Origin: a virus | Taxonomy: Duplodnaviria; Caudoviricetes | Reading direction: 5' to 3' (one strand) | Length of the DNA stretch: 64,000 nt | IMG/VR virus record: IMGVR_UViG_3300030613_000008 | Coordinates: 29,508 to 93,507 of that record | Shown: piece after piece, positions 20,800-30,737 of the stretch | How the letters are laid out: every line of letters starts with the position of its first letter | How positions within the stretch are numbered: the first letter of the stretch is position 1 | Translations under genes and position numbers: made by a program | Notes under the pieces: generated by a model | Told to the model about the DNA's origin: nothing | What the model saw: only the letters and a program-made list of their open reading frames with translations | Databases searched by the model: none

Positions 20800-21927
20800 A
20801 TGGCAATCAGGGTAAGTGCGACAAGGGTTATCACGGCGCTCGACACGACCAAATTGGACGGCATCGAGGCGACGGCAGACGTCACCGACGCGGCAAACGT
20901 CGCGGCGGCTGGCGCGGTCATGGACGCGGACATGGCGGGGGCGACGCTCGGGCACATGATGCGCACGGGTGCCGGGGCCTATGCCGTGATTCAGGACAAC
21001 ATGGCGGCGGTTGTTCCCCCGGCTGTCGGCGATGACAGCGTGGCGGGCTACGCGGTCGGCTCGCGGTGGGTGGACAACGCACTCAACAACACCTACGAGT
21101 GCGCAGATGCGGCGGTTGGCGCGGCGGTGTGGCGGCTCACGCTGAACGCGGCGGCGGCTGGTGGGGAACTCGCGGGCACGTACCCGAACCCGACCGTGGC
21201 GGACGGCGTCATCGATGCTGCGAACGGCCTCGCGGGTGCGGTGGCTGGCATCGTCGTTGACAAGGGCACGCCGAGTTCGTGCGTCATCGCGTTCGACGTG
21301 GGTGGTGCGGCACAGCGCCCGGCGGATGGCGCGTCCTACACGTTCAGCATCGGCGGTGTGGCACTCGCGGCCATCGAGGCGCGGGACGTCGTGGTCGACC
21401 AGGACGACTTTCTGCGGTCGAGCGCAGGCGTCGAGGAGGACGACACCATCCTCATGGCGGCGGCGTTTGCGGCGTGCATCAACGCCCACACGGTCATCGG
21501 CCTGCGAATTCGCGCGGCCATCTACGGCGGCGCGGGCGACGGTCGCTGGTACGTCCAGTGCTACACGCGGCTACAGGCGGACATCACGGCGGCCTCGGCT
21601 CTCACGTGCGTGCTCGCGGGTGGGCAGCCGGGCTTCTATCAGGCTCGCGCTACGGCGGTCGCGGCGTCCAAGCGCCAGACGTTCCCGTTCCGCTACGAGG
21701 TAACTGCGCAGGACGTGCTCGCTGGTGAGATTCGGTTCGACTTCGGCGGGTCGGCGGTCGTGGCCTACGGGCTCGACATACTGACAGCCGCTGCAAACTA
21801 CACGCGCATCGCATGGACCGGAGCCGTGACGCTGGCCGGTGGTCAGTTGACCGTCGACAACAGCGCCGGGACCGATTGGGCGGCGGGCAACGTCCTCACG
21901 GGCTGGATGCTCTGCACCGTCGCGTAG
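20800..21927 (+). CDS. Putative fibre/decoration protein
   Basis: KLDGIEATADVTD, GYAVGSRW, AGGELAGTYPNPTV fibre-type motifs. Confidence 0.65.
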   Translation: MAIRVSATRVITALDTTKLDGIEATADVTDAANVAAAGAVMDADMAGATLGHMMRTGAGAYAVIQDNMAAVVPPAVGDDSVAGYAVGSRWVDNALNNTYECADAAVGAAVWRLTLNAAAAGGELAGTYPNPTVADGVIDAANGLAGAVAGIVVDKGTPSSCVIAFDVGGAAQRPADGASYTFSIGGVALAAIEARDVVVDQDDFLRSSAGVEEDDTILMAAAFAACINAHTVIGLRIRAAIYGGAGDGRWYVQCYTRLQADITAASALTCVLAGGQPGFYQARATAVAASKRQTFPFRYEVTAQDVLAGEIRFDFGGSAVVAYGLDILTAAANYTRIAWTGAVTLAGGQLTVDNSAGTDWAAGNVLTGWMLCTVA

Positions 21928-22040
21928 TCCTTCGGCCCCGGCGGGGGCCTCCCTGTTAGCGTAGCGGTCCCGAGCCGCCGGTCGGGCGGATAGACGAAGA
22001 ACCGTTCGCGTCGCTCTGGCGCGTCGATTAGGAGGCTTCC

Positions 22041-25000
22041 GTGGCAGGTTACAGCACCCCGTACGCATTCGCGAACTATCTCGGTGAATGGGCAAACGAC
22101 GCGGCGGCCTTGACGGAGCTTCGAGCGCGCAAGTGGGATAGCACGGCGGACGGGCTCGGAAACCCGCGCAACGGCATGACCTACTACGCCACGGGCACGC
22201 ACACGTACAGGGGCTACCAGGGTGGTGCGTGGGTGGACTTTTTGACGCCCGGTGTCTTGACGCTCGACAACGCCTACAACGGAGGTCGTTTCATCACGGC
22301 GGACGCGGGCGCGGTGGACATCTCTGTCCCGGTCGCTGTCAACGGCACGGCCCTGTCGTTGCACCAACTCATGCCCTTGGCGACGGTGGATGTGCTCACA
22401 ATCGAGAACTTGGGGAACACTGGTGCGAGCATCGGGCTGATGGGGACGCGGCGGTGGATTGAGTCCGATGGCGGCAACATGCGGATTCAGCTGACGGCCA
22501 GCGATGCGCTTGCCTACGCATTGCAGATCTTCGCGGAGAATCTTGGCGGCGGCACGGCGGGAATCGGTATCGACGCGGACGATGACATTACGATTACGGC
22601 GACAAACGGACAACTGCTGCTCCACGGGTTCAACGGAGTCGGTGGTGCCGGTGTCGCGATTGAGGCCACGGCAGGAGGCGGGGAAATAGCGATTGGCGCT
22701 GCTAACGTTGCCAACCAGATTTCCGTTGGAACGAACGGTGCCCGCAATATTCAGATTGGCTATTCCGGATCTCTAGCCACTACCGTCAACGCGATGGATG
22801 TTGGACTTCTCGCCGATACGAACGATGCGCTGGCGCACGCAATAGTCATTCGTGCAACCAACGCCGGAGTCGGAACGGCAATTCTGAACATCGACGCAGA
22901 CGACGCTATCACGATCGATTCGCTGGCTGCGGGGTTCTCCATCGATGGCGTCACGGCATCCAACGTCTGCACCACGACCGGAAATCTGACACTGGATGCC
23001 ACGGCAGGGAAACTCTACGTTGGGACCGGTGCGGGCGGAAGTTCTGTGGCCATTGGTAACCTCCTTCGCGCCATGACTGTCGATGCCGACACGTACACGC
23101 TCACTGCGACTGGACTCAACGGTAATTTGCAGATCCTGTTGCACGCCGACGTTGCGGTGCTTCGCGATTTGACAATCGACTGCGACAACGTGAATGCCCT
23201 CGGTGCGCGCATTACGTTCTCCGATTCCTGGCAGAAAGACAGCGGAGGTGCTGGCGGGTACACGGTTGCGATGCCGTTTGGCACCACGGCGGCAGAGTGG
23301 ACGCTGTTCAAAAACAACTTCGGGGATGGCACGTCGCTGCTCAACGCGATCAACCAGTGCGCGTCTTCGGCGGTGACGCTGGATGAGGCGTATGCGGCTG
23401 CGGCGGCAACGGTTGCTGTTAATGACTGGGATGTTACCTGGACAACTACAGGGGCATATTCCCATATCTTCAATCTCGCTGGATGTACGGGAGTCGCCGA
23501 TGGGTTCTTCATCGAGGACGGGACGGATTATTTCAGGTTCACCCATGCTGGCGCGAATACGTTGAACCTGTCCGCCGAGTTAGGGTCCGCTATCATCGGT
23601 ACGTCGCTCACGTTCGACCTCAACGCAACCGGGGCTGTCACAATCGATGCTGCCGGTGCTAGCGCCATCACGATTGGCGGTGACGCCAACACGGGCGCGA
23701 TGGGTTTTGGAACGGCCGGTGCGCGGACGGTAACGGTCGGCAACATCACCACGACAACGGGAGTCATTGTCAACACGGGTACTAGCGGATTCCAGGTCAA
23801 CACGACGGGCGCGGGCACGGTAGACATCAACGGTACAAATGCCGTGACCATCGATGCCGCAACGGGACTAAGTTTGGACGGCGTGGGTGCAAGCAATCTC
23901 ACGGCAACATCCGGCACGTTGACTCTCAGCACGCTTGTATCTGGCACGTTGATTGTGAACTCGATTGGTCTGCTTGATATTGATGCCGCTGCCAACATCG
24001 ACATGGATGTCACCGGCACGTTCGACATGCTTTCGACTGGTGTGTTTTCGATAGACGGTACAGGGGCTTCCAACGTCACGGCGTCTTCGGGAAATCTGAC
24101 CCTGAGCACTCTGGTTTCCGGCGGTCTGATTCTCAACTCGATCGGGATAGTGGACATTGATGGCACGATAGGAACCTGGAATGCGACATCGTTGACTCTT
24201 ACGACCTCGCTCGGGTTCGATGTTAATGCTACTGGGGCCGTGACCTTGGACGCGGCAGGGACTAGCGCAATCACGATCGGTGGGGATGCGGATACCGGAG
24301 CGATGGGATTTGGCACTGCTGGTGCTCGGCAGATCACGATTGGAAATACCACTACGACAACCGGCGTTGCGATCAACACCGGGACGTCTGATTTCGCGAT
24401 CAACACGAATCAGTTGTATGTGGACCAGCCGACCGGGTTCACGGGGTTTGGAACTGCGACGCCGTTGCAGCGCGCGAACATTCAATCCGGGGCGATCCGA
24501 TTCGATTACGTTCCGACGCTGAGCTGCGCGGCGGCGGTGCTTGGTGCTGGGGCGGCTGGAGTCAACACGAATGGTGTGCACTCGATTAAACTTACTGCTG
24601 TGAATGCTCTTGGCGAAACCGAGCTTTGGACCGGCAGTGGAAATTACACGGTCGTGGCAAACGAGCAGATCGCTTGTTCCAATCTGCCGGTATCCACCGA
24701 TTCGACTGTTACCGGGCGCTACATTCACATGAACAAGGCCGGGGGCGCAATATGGTACAGAGTCGCGCTGCTCAACAACGTTGATACAACCTACAATATC
24801 AACGTTGCTGACACTGGATTGGTTGACGCTGGACCCTCTCGCAACACGACATCATGTCGAATATTTGCTGGCGCAATATCGTGCTTCACGGTTGATTCGG
24901 TTGGGAGCCTTGGGATTGGTGGGGATGGGACATTCTCGGTTGCTAGCAGTCCTGGATACACGCAGATCATGGCGGGTCCGTCAGGCGCAATTTTTTTCCG

Positions 25001-25934
25001 CGCGAACAACGGTGGTGCGTATTACGGGAGGATAAATCAATATGGTATCGGATCGCTTGGCGCGACTCCAACGTCCGGAGAGACGTTCGCCATGCTCGGC
25101 ACCTCTGCGGCCGGTGTCAAGATGCAGCGCCACACCACCGCAAACACTGCTGGCAACACGCTGTCTGTAGTCGCGGGCGGCGCGACTCTGGCGGCAACGG
25201 ACAAGGCCGGTGGTCCGCTCTATCTCGTCGCTGGCACGGCTACAGGTTCGGCGGGCTCGTACACCTCCCTGTGGGCTTCGCCGATTGGCGGTGCTGGCGT
25301 AGCAGACAACGCCCCGGTTCAGATTCTCACGGCTGGTCCTCTCAGCGATGGTGCGGCTGGAACGATCGCCGTTGGCATCGGCACGATTCTCCCGACGTCG
25401 CTACTCGACCTGGAAATCCTTGGCGCGTCCAAGGCCGTTACGGATGTTCTCGAACTGACGAACCGCTACAACGCCGCCGACATGGACGGCACGGGCTCCG
25501 CGATTCTTTGGAATCAGTGGTACTATGACGCGGCAACACCGGCTGTTGCGGACGCGGGTCGCATTGCCTGTATCACTGAGAACGATTGGACATCTGTAAA
25601 CCAGGATTCTTGCTTGGCCTTCTACAACGCAGGCACCCGCGCGGTAGAAGAAAAGATGAGGTTGAATTCCAAGGGCACTTTGCAACTCATGGGAACTGCC
25701 ATAAACGCAAATGCCTATGGTGCACTCCATTTATTCTATACGGGTACGGTTCCAATTGCGGCCACAGCCGACTCCATCCTGGCCTATGCCGTAGATTCCA
25801 GTGATAACACGGCCACTCTCGGCTTGTTCCTGGAGCAAGCAGTTGAGGCGATTGGCGCAGGGTTCACCCCCGATTTCAAGCTCAAGATATTGGTGGGGGG
25901 TGTTGAATACAGGATAGCGTTGGAAGCAGTGTAG
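22041..25934 (+). CDS. Large fibre/adhesin-like virion protein with internal repeats
   Basis: 1297 aa Gly/Ala/Thr-rich; TLDNAY/TLDEAY; GFGTATP and GIGTILP fibre motifs. Confidence 0.7.
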   Translation: MAGYSTPYAFANYLGEWANDAAALTELRARKWDSTADGLGNPRNGMTYYATGTHTYRGYQGGAWVDFLTPGVLTLDNAYNGGRFITADAGAVDISVPVAVNGTALSLHQLMPLATVDVLTIENLGNTGASIGLMGTRRWIESDGGNMRIQLTASDALAYALQIFAENLGGGTAGIGIDADDDITITATNGQLLLHGFNGVGGAGVAIEATAGGGEIAIGAANVANQISVGTNGARNIQIGYSGSLATTVNAMDVGLLADTNDALAHAIVIRATNAGVGTAILNIDADDAITIDSLAAGFSIDGVTASNVCTTTGNLTLDATAGKLYVGTGAGGSSVAIGNLLRAMTVDADTYTLTATGLNGNLQILLHADVAVLRDLTIDCDNVNALGARITFSDSWQKDSGGAGGYTVAMPFGTTAAEWTLFKNNFGDGTSLLNAINQCASSAVTLDEAYAAAAATVAVNDWDVTWTTTGAYSHIFNLAGCTGVADGFFIEDGTDYFRFTHAGANTLNLSAELGSAIIGTSLTFDLNATGAVTIDAAGASAITIGGDANTGAMGFGTAGARTVTVGNITTTTGVIVNTGTSGFQVNTTGAGTVDINGTNAVTIDAATGLSLDGVGASNLTATSGTLTLSTLVSGTLIVNSIGLLDIDAAANIDMDVTGTFDMLSTGVFSIDGTGASNVTASSGNLTLSTLVSGGLILNSIGIVDIDGTIGTWNATSLTLTTSLGFDVNATGAVTLDAAGTSAITIGGDADTGAMGFGTAGARQITIGNTTTTTGVAINTGTSDFAINTNQLYVDQPTGFTGFGTATPLQRANIQSGAIRFDYVPTLSCAAAVLGAGAAGVNTNGVHSIKLTAVNALGETELWTGSGNYTVVANEQIACSNLPVSTDSTVTGRYIHMNKAGGAIWYRVALLNNVDTTYNINVADTGLVDAGPSRNTTSCRIFAGAISCFTVDSVGSLGIGGDGTFSVASSPGYTQIMAGPSGAIFFRANNGGAYYGRINQYGIGSLGATPTSGETFAMLGTSAAGVKMQRHTTANTAGNTLSVVAGGATLAATDKAGGPLYLVAGTATGSAGSYTSLWASPIGGAGVADNAPVQILTAGPLSDGAAGTIAVGIGTILPTSLLDLEILGASKAVTDVLELTNRYNAADMDGTGSAILWNQWYYDAATPAVADAGRIACITENDWTSVNQDSCLAFYNAGTRAVEEKMRLNSKGTLQLMGTAINANAYGALHLFYTGTVPIAATADSILAYAVDSSDNTATLGLFLEQAVEAIGAGFTPDFKLKILVGGVEYRIALEAV

Positions 25935-25983
25935 CAGGAGGAACCAATGACACGGCTGCAAACAACCAACCAAGGGGATAGCG

Positions 25984-26574
25984 ATGCTGACCTACGAAAA
26001 AGCCAAGGCGTTCTCCAACTTCCTCAACGTCCAGTCCGGGGCGTACTTCACGTCTCCTGACCCGACGGAGCAGGCGGCCAACCAGAAGGCCGCTGCCGAG
26101 ACGGTGGACCGCGTGAGGCGGTACACGCGCTACGCCACGGGTATCGCCCGCAACCAGACCATCGTCGACAAGGTGATGGAGGCTGCAACCAAGGCGATGA
26201 AGAACGAAAAGCTGGAGGCGTACCAGAAGGCGCACCAAGCGCTCGCCGCCGAGAAGATGGAGACCGAAGAGTTAGAGAAGCGGTCGTCCGCGTTGCGAGC
26301 CGAGCACGACGCCGACGAACTCGTGGCAGAGCAGAACCGACGGTACGCCGAACTCATGGCGTCCGAGGTGCTGGCCGATGACGGCGTGACCCCGCTCAAG
26401 CTGTACCGCATTCTGGTCACGGACCTCCCCGGCTGGAACGACAAGCCCGAGACGCCGTGTGAGGACCGGGGCGGCATCGTCTCCCCGGCGGACATCAAGT
26501 TTCTGTTCTCCATCGGCGTGCTGCACGACCCGAGCGACGACGAAGCCGCGAAGGCCGCCGGACCCGCGAACTAG
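25984..26574 (+). CDS. Hypothetical helical protein (possible fibre chaperone)
   Basis: Last gene of the tail module, RBS GGGGA. Confidence 0.55.
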   Translation: MLTYEKAKAFSNFLNVQSGAYFTSPDPTEQAANQKAAAETVDRVRRYTRYATGIARNQTIVDKVMEAATKAMKNEKLEAYQKAHQALAAEKMETEELEKRSSALRAEHDADELVAEQNRRYAELMASEVLADDGVTPLKLYRILVTDLPGWNDKPETPCEDRGGIVSPADIKFLFSIGVLHDPSDDEAAKAAGPAN

Positions 26575-26604
26575 CAAGCCCGCGTCGATTTCCAAACAAC
26601 TCGC

Positions 26605-26649
26605 TTGACATTCGCAAGGGCAAGGCGCAAGCTGTCCCTTGAGGTGGAC
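26605..26649 (+). promoter_or_regulatory. TTGACA promoter followed by GAGGTGGAC motif
   Basis: TTGACA-17 nt-CAAGCT then GAGGTGGAC; same layout at 53564, 60531, 62465. Confidence 0.5.
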
Positions 26650-26689
26650 GGTGGCGAGTGCACAACCCAATTGAGAGGAGTCGGAGTAG

Positions 26690-26959
26690 ATGCCAAGATA
26701 CTACACCCCCGAATACGCCCGAGTGAAAGTCCGGGCAGCCACGCACGGCATGACATTCGCGCAACTCGCGGGGAAGTGCGGGGTGTCGCGGCAAGCCTTG
26801 GAGATGAGTCTCAAGGCAGGGCGTCCCGCGCTGGCCGGGCTGGAACGTCTCGCCGGGGCGCTGACCATGGCCCGAGATGACGTGCTCGCGCCGCTCAAGA
26901 ATTCGGAACTCATCGCGGCGGCCCTCTGGTACGCCGGGTTGACGGGGGGGCAGCGTTGA
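26690..26959 (+). CDS. Cro/XRE-like HTH protein
   Basis: GMTFAQLAGKCGVSRQALEMSL. Confidence 0.7.
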   Translation: MPRYYTPEYARVKVRAATHGMTFAQLAGKCGVSRQALEMSLKAGRPALAGLERLAGALTMARDDVLAPLKNSELIAAALWYAGLTGGQR

Positions 26960-27771
26960 CGACCTTGGACCACCTGTCGGCGTCGTCCTACGGGCAGTTC
27001 TTCAAGTGCCCGGCACAGTGGGATTACGTACACAACCAGGGCATCAAGATACCGCCGGGCATCGCGGCACACGTCGGTAGCGGGTTGCACGGCGCGGCAG
27101 AGTTGAACTTCCGGCAGAAGATTGTCACGGGGGTGGACCTCCCGGCGTCCGACCTTGCCGACGCGGCCGTCACCAAGTACCGCGAGCGAGTCGAGAAGGA
27201 CGGCGTGCTCTGTACGCGCGAGGACAGGCCCGCCCTTGGCCGTCTGCTATCCGAGGGGGTAGACAGAGCGGTGGAGTTCTCGCGCGTGCTGGCGGCCACG
27301 GTGGCCCCGTTGTACCGGCCCGCCTCGGTAGAGCAGTTCGTCAAGTACCAGGGGTCGGAGCTGCCGGTCCCGTGGGTGGGGTATATCGACCTCACGACGG
27401 CGGACAACAAACTGGTCGACTGGAAGACGGCGGGCAAGCGGTGGCCGAAGGGGCGGGAGCACAAGGAAAATCAGGCGACGATTTATCGCAAGTTGTTCGT
27501 CGCCGACCGTGGCATCGAACCGGCCGAGACGGTGTTCGAGGTGTTCTTCGATTCGAAGGACGGGGCGAAGCGAGACGACCGGACCACGGTGCGGGACGAC
27601 GCGGATTGGGTGGCGTTGCAGCACGGCGCGGGAATCATGCTGCGGATGATAGACCACGGCGACTTCCCACCGTGCCCGCCGGGGTCGTGGAATTGCTCGC
27701 CCACGTGGTGCGGGCTCTTTTGGATTTGTCGTCATGTGTCCGAGCGGGTTCGGAGATTGCCGAACGTGTGA
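26956..27771 (+). CDS. PD-(D/E)XK exonuclease, Cas4/RecB-like with Fe-S cysteines
   Basis: HLSASS..F..CP, GSGLH, GYIDL, VDWKT, QATIY, C-terminal C..WC....C. Confidence 0.85.
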   Translation: MTTLDHLSASSYGQFFKCPAQWDYVHNQGIKIPPGIAAHVGSGLHGAAELNFRQKIVTGVDLPASDLADAAVTKYRERVEKDGVLCTREDRPALGRLLSEGVDRAVEFSRVLAATVAPLYRPASVEQFVKYQGSELPVPWVGYIDLTTADNKLVDWKTAGKRWPKGREHKENQATIYRKLFVADRGIEPAETVFEVFFDSKDGAKRDDRTTVRDDADWVALQHGAGIMLRMIDHGDFPPCPPGSWNCSPTWCGLFWICRHVSERVRRLPNV

Positions 27772-27776
27772 GTGCA

Positions 27777-28064
27777 ATGCGTGAATGCGATTGGTGCGGT
27801 CGGAGATTTGAGAACGGAGACGTTCATCGTTTCAAACGAACGGGTGATGCTGTTTGCTTCGTCTGCTTTCACGGTCCAGAGTACGAATTTAGAATGCTGA
27901 TATTACCTTGGCTGGAAACTGGACAATGGAATGAATCGACGAATCCAATACGAGACGACATTGTGAACAACATCAATATTACAACGGCAATTCCTAGCGT
28001 TGCGACAGTCGGAGAAATTACCGATGTTGCCCAGGATGATTTAGAAGGAAAACTCGGCTGGTAG
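27777..28064 (+). CDS. AT-richer small Zn-binding protein (moron-like)
   Basis: MRECDWCG...VCFVC; composition departs from the flanks. Confidence 0.55.
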   Translation: MRECDWCGRRFENGDVHRFKRTGDAVCFVCFHGPEYEFRMLILPWLETGQWNESTNPIRDDIVNNINITTAIPSVATVGEITDVAQDDLEGKLGW

Positions 28065-28086
28065 GCCGCATCGAAAGGGGATCAAA

Positions 28087-29361
28087 ATGGCAGGCAATCA
28101 GGAATGGCAGGGAACCGTCAAGGTCGTGGACCCGCAAGCGCTCGCGCCGGTCGCGCCGATTCAGGCGCTCGCACAGTCGGCGGCAGTCGACGCGGCGCGT
28201 GTGTTGTCGGAGACGCAGGCCATGGTGCTCATGGCGAGGTCCAACCCGCGCAACGAATTCGCGGTGCTCAAGAAAATCAAGGCGATGTGCTCGCGGTTGC
28301 GGCTCGCCGATAAGGCGCTCTACTCGTTCCCGCGCAGCAACAAGACCGTTACAGGCCCGAGCATCGATCTCATGGAGGCCATCGCCACGGCATACGGCAA
28401 CCTGGACCACGGGTGGCGGATGCTCGAAGAGGATGGCGAGTCCGTGCGCGTGGAAACCTACGCCTGGGACATGGAGACAAACTCGCGAACTCGTATCGAG
28501 TTCTGGATGCGCCGCGTCCGCGACACGAAGCAGGGGGAGAAGGAACTCCATGACGAGCGCGACAAGTACGAAATCGTAGCGAACTACGCCAGCCGTCGCA
28601 AGCGCGCGTGCCTGGAGAAAATCATCCCCGTCGACATCGTTGAGCAGGCTGTCGAGTGGTGCATGAAGACCATCGAGAAGGGCGATGACGAGATGCCGCT
28701 GGTGGACCGCATCCGGGGCATGGTGTTGCAGTTCTCGGAACTCGGTGTCAGCCAGGTCATGTTGGAGAAGCGGCTCGGGCACACGGTGGACACGACCATC
28801 GCGAAGGAACTGCCCGAGCTTCGCGCCATCGCCAACGGGTTGAAGGGCGGACGCGGCCGGGAGGAGTTCTTTGACCTCGCGCTGGCTGGGCAGGCTCCCG
28901 CGACGAAGGCCCCGGCACCGACCTCGAAGCCCGAACCCGCGCCGGCCGAACCGTCCAAGGCTGCGGACCCGCCGGCGCGGGGCTCGACTCAGAACGGCGC
29001 GGAACCAGTATCTACGCGGACCAATGGCGGCGCGGAACCCGCCCCGGTCCACGTCGTGACGAAGCCCGAGAAGTCCGAGCCCGCCGCCGAAGCGACACCC
29101 CGGCTGTTCGCCACGTTGCTCGGCCGGTTGCACAACACCTACAAGATGACAGACGAGCAAATCCGCGCGGCGCTCGGTGGACCCATCGAAGGCGCTCCCG
29201 TCGAGGAGTTGGAGCGAGTCATCACCGAGGCCGAACTGCGAAACAAGCGGACGCGCAAGGGCAAGGCCCCGCCGCCGCTGAATCTCGTGCCACAGGGCGA
29301 GCCCGAGACGGGCGGACCTCCCGATATGGAGATGCCGCCGGACGACAACGAAGAGTTCTAG
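28087..29361 (+). CDS. Putative single-strand annealing/recombination protein with Pro-rich acidic tail
   Basis: ARSNPRNE...YSFPR...VTGPSI...YGNL domain next to the exonuclease; function inferred from context. Confidence 0.5.
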   Translation: MAGNQEWQGTVKVVDPQALAPVAPIQALAQSAAVDAARVLSETQAMVLMARSNPRNEFAVLKKIKAMCSRLRLADKALYSFPRSNKTVTGPSIDLMEAIATAYGNLDHGWRMLEEDGESVRVETYAWDMETNSRTRIEFWMRRVRDTKQGEKELHDERDKYEIVANYASRRKRACLEKIIPVDIVEQAVEWCMKTIEKGDDEMPLVDRIRGMVLQFSELGVSQVMLEKRLGHTVDTTIAKELPELRAIANGLKGGRGREEFFDLALAGQAPATKAPAPTSKPEPAPAEPSKAADPPARGSTQNGAEPVSTRTNGGAEPAPVHVVTKPEKSEPAAEATPRLFATLLGRLHNTYKMTDEQIRAALGGPIEGAPVEELERVITEAELRNKRTRKGKAPPPLNLVPQGEPETGGPPDMEMPPDDNEEF

Positions 29362-29371
29362 GAGGTGCCTC

Positions 29372-29974
29372 GTGGCGTTCATCAAAAAAAGCGGCTACTC
29401 GCAACCGCAAGCCCCGGAGAACCCCGTGCCGCCGTCGCAACGCGCGCAACTGGCGCTCGGGTTCCGACACTACGATGATAGCGACAAGGCCCCGAGCGAG
29501 TTTGAGACGACGGAGCGGGAGCACGTCGTGAAGCAGCTTCGCGCCGAGGTCCGCGCCGAAGCTCCGGCCGGTTGCCGTTGCCCCATCTGCGACCGTGTTG
29601 TGAAGTCGTACCACCGGGCGATGAACGCGGATATGGCGCGGTTCCTCATCCTGTTGTGTCGCGAATACCTCGCCAAGCCGCCCGGCACGTTCGTGGACAT
29701 CCGCACGATTTCGGTCCGGGGTGGCGACTACGCGAAGCTCACCCATTGGGGGCTGGTAGAGCAGGCGCACAACGACGACCCCGCGAAACGCTCTAGCGGC
29801 CTCTGGCGTCCGACTCCGCGCGGGCTGGCATTCGCCCAAGGGACGGCGACGGAGCCGAGCCACGTGGTGCTTCTCGACAACCAGGTGCAGGGGTTTGACG
29901 AAGACCGCGTGACCATCTGGCAAGCGCTCGGGACGCACTTCAACTTCGAGGTGCTTTGGAGGGGGGAGAAATGA
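29372..29974 (+). CDS. Hypothetical protein (CPIC, winged-helix-like)
   Basis: RBS AGGAGG, GTG start. Confidence 0.55.
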   Translation: MAFIKKSGYSQPQAPENPVPPSQRAQLALGFRHYDDSDKAPSEFETTEREHVVKQLRAEVRAEAPAGCRCPICDRVVKSYHRAMNADMARFLILLCREYLAKPPGTFVDIRTISVRGGDYAKLTHWGLVEQAHNDDPAKRSSGLWRPTPRGLAFAQGTATEPSHVVLLDNQVQGFDEDRVTIWQALGTHFNFEVLWRGEK

Positions 29975-30414
29975 AAGACGACACAACGAACTGGTACGAG
30001 GTCCGCTGTCACGACGGGATTCAGTGGCGAACGTGCGACCTCTCCGAGTGCCACCCCGGAGACCTCGTGAGGGTCAACTCAAGCGATGGTCCCGGCGAGC
30101 CGTTTATCTACGCGGAGCCCGAGCCGCTTGAGCACAACGTGGGGGCGGTGCCGACCGTTGACGAGCCACCTGCCAAACGGAGTTTTGACCCAAGGGAGGA
30201 CATCGTTGCGCGCATCCAATCGTTCTCGCCGAGTCGTCACGGCCCGGCATCCTGCCCGTGGTGCGGCGAGTTGTTCGGGCCTCAGTGGGAGATTGAGGAC
30301 GTGATAGTCAAGTCGATGGATTGGGACGGAGACGAAGAGGAGCGGAATGGTAGCCCGCACGCCATCACGTGCCCGCGCTGTGGTTGGCTCGGGACGTTCG
30401 TGCGTTTGCCTTGA
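29971..30414 (+). CDS. Hypothetical Zn-ribbon protein
   Basis: CPWCG and CPRCG; ATGA overlap. Confidence 0.55.
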   Translation: MKDDTTNWYEVRCHDGIQWRTCDLSECHPGDLVRVNSSDGPGEPFIYAEPEPLEHNVGAVPTVDEPPAKRSFDPREDIVARIQSFSPSRHGPASCPWCGELFGPQWEIEDVIVKSMDWDGDEEERNGSPHAITCPRCGWLGTFVRLP

Positions 30415-30439
30415 CTTCGGAGACGGCGCGTTGTAGAAA
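30411..30439 (+). promoter_or_regulatory. Sigma70-like promoter of the replication operon
   Basis: TTGACT-17 nt-TAGAAA. Confidence 0.55.
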
Positions 30440-30443
30440 AGAA

Positions 30444-30565
30444 GTGCAATGCAGAACAATACTGGTCAGATTCTCCGATCGAAGCATCTGCGGGTAGACC
30501 CTCCCAAGGTTCTGCATTGCACCGCAGGTGCTTCGTTCAGAGAAGCTGACACGTTTGGAGGGTTC
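30444..30565 (+). ncRNA. C4/CI-like antisense hairpin in the replication-operon leader
   Basis: 29-bp stem 30465-30493/30522-30550; loop complementary to 30444-30457 (14/14) and to RBS 30555-30565. Confidence 0.65.
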
Positions 30566-30569
30566 GACG

Positions 30570-30737
30570 ATGGCCGAGTCACACGCTGAAATCCAGGCAC
30601 AACTCGAAGCCGCGAACCTGCGCTTGATAGAGAAGCGGCGGGCGCTCGGGATACGAGACGACCGGCCGGTTCACGTCGGCGACGTCGTTGGCGACGTGCT
30701 CGCGGACCTGCGGCGGGAATCGGAGGAGGGGAGATGA
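30570..30737 (+). CDS. Small protein coupled to the replication initiator
   Basis: RBS GGAGG, ATG 30570, ATGA overlap with the next gene. Confidence 0.6.
   Translation: MAESHAEIQAQLEAANLRLIEKRRALGIRDDRPVHVGDVVGDVLADLRRESEEGR

Noticed and set aside
21930-22030. Twister ribozyme (GGTCCCGAGCC resembles the P4 loop)
   Set aside because: Could not build P1/P2 or the pseudoknot partners; only a GC hairpin is supportable.
425-29385. Long minus-strand ORFs (e.g. 425-1591, 15515-16885, 28018-29385)
   Set aside because: Shadows of GC-rich plus-strand genes; no motifs or RBS.
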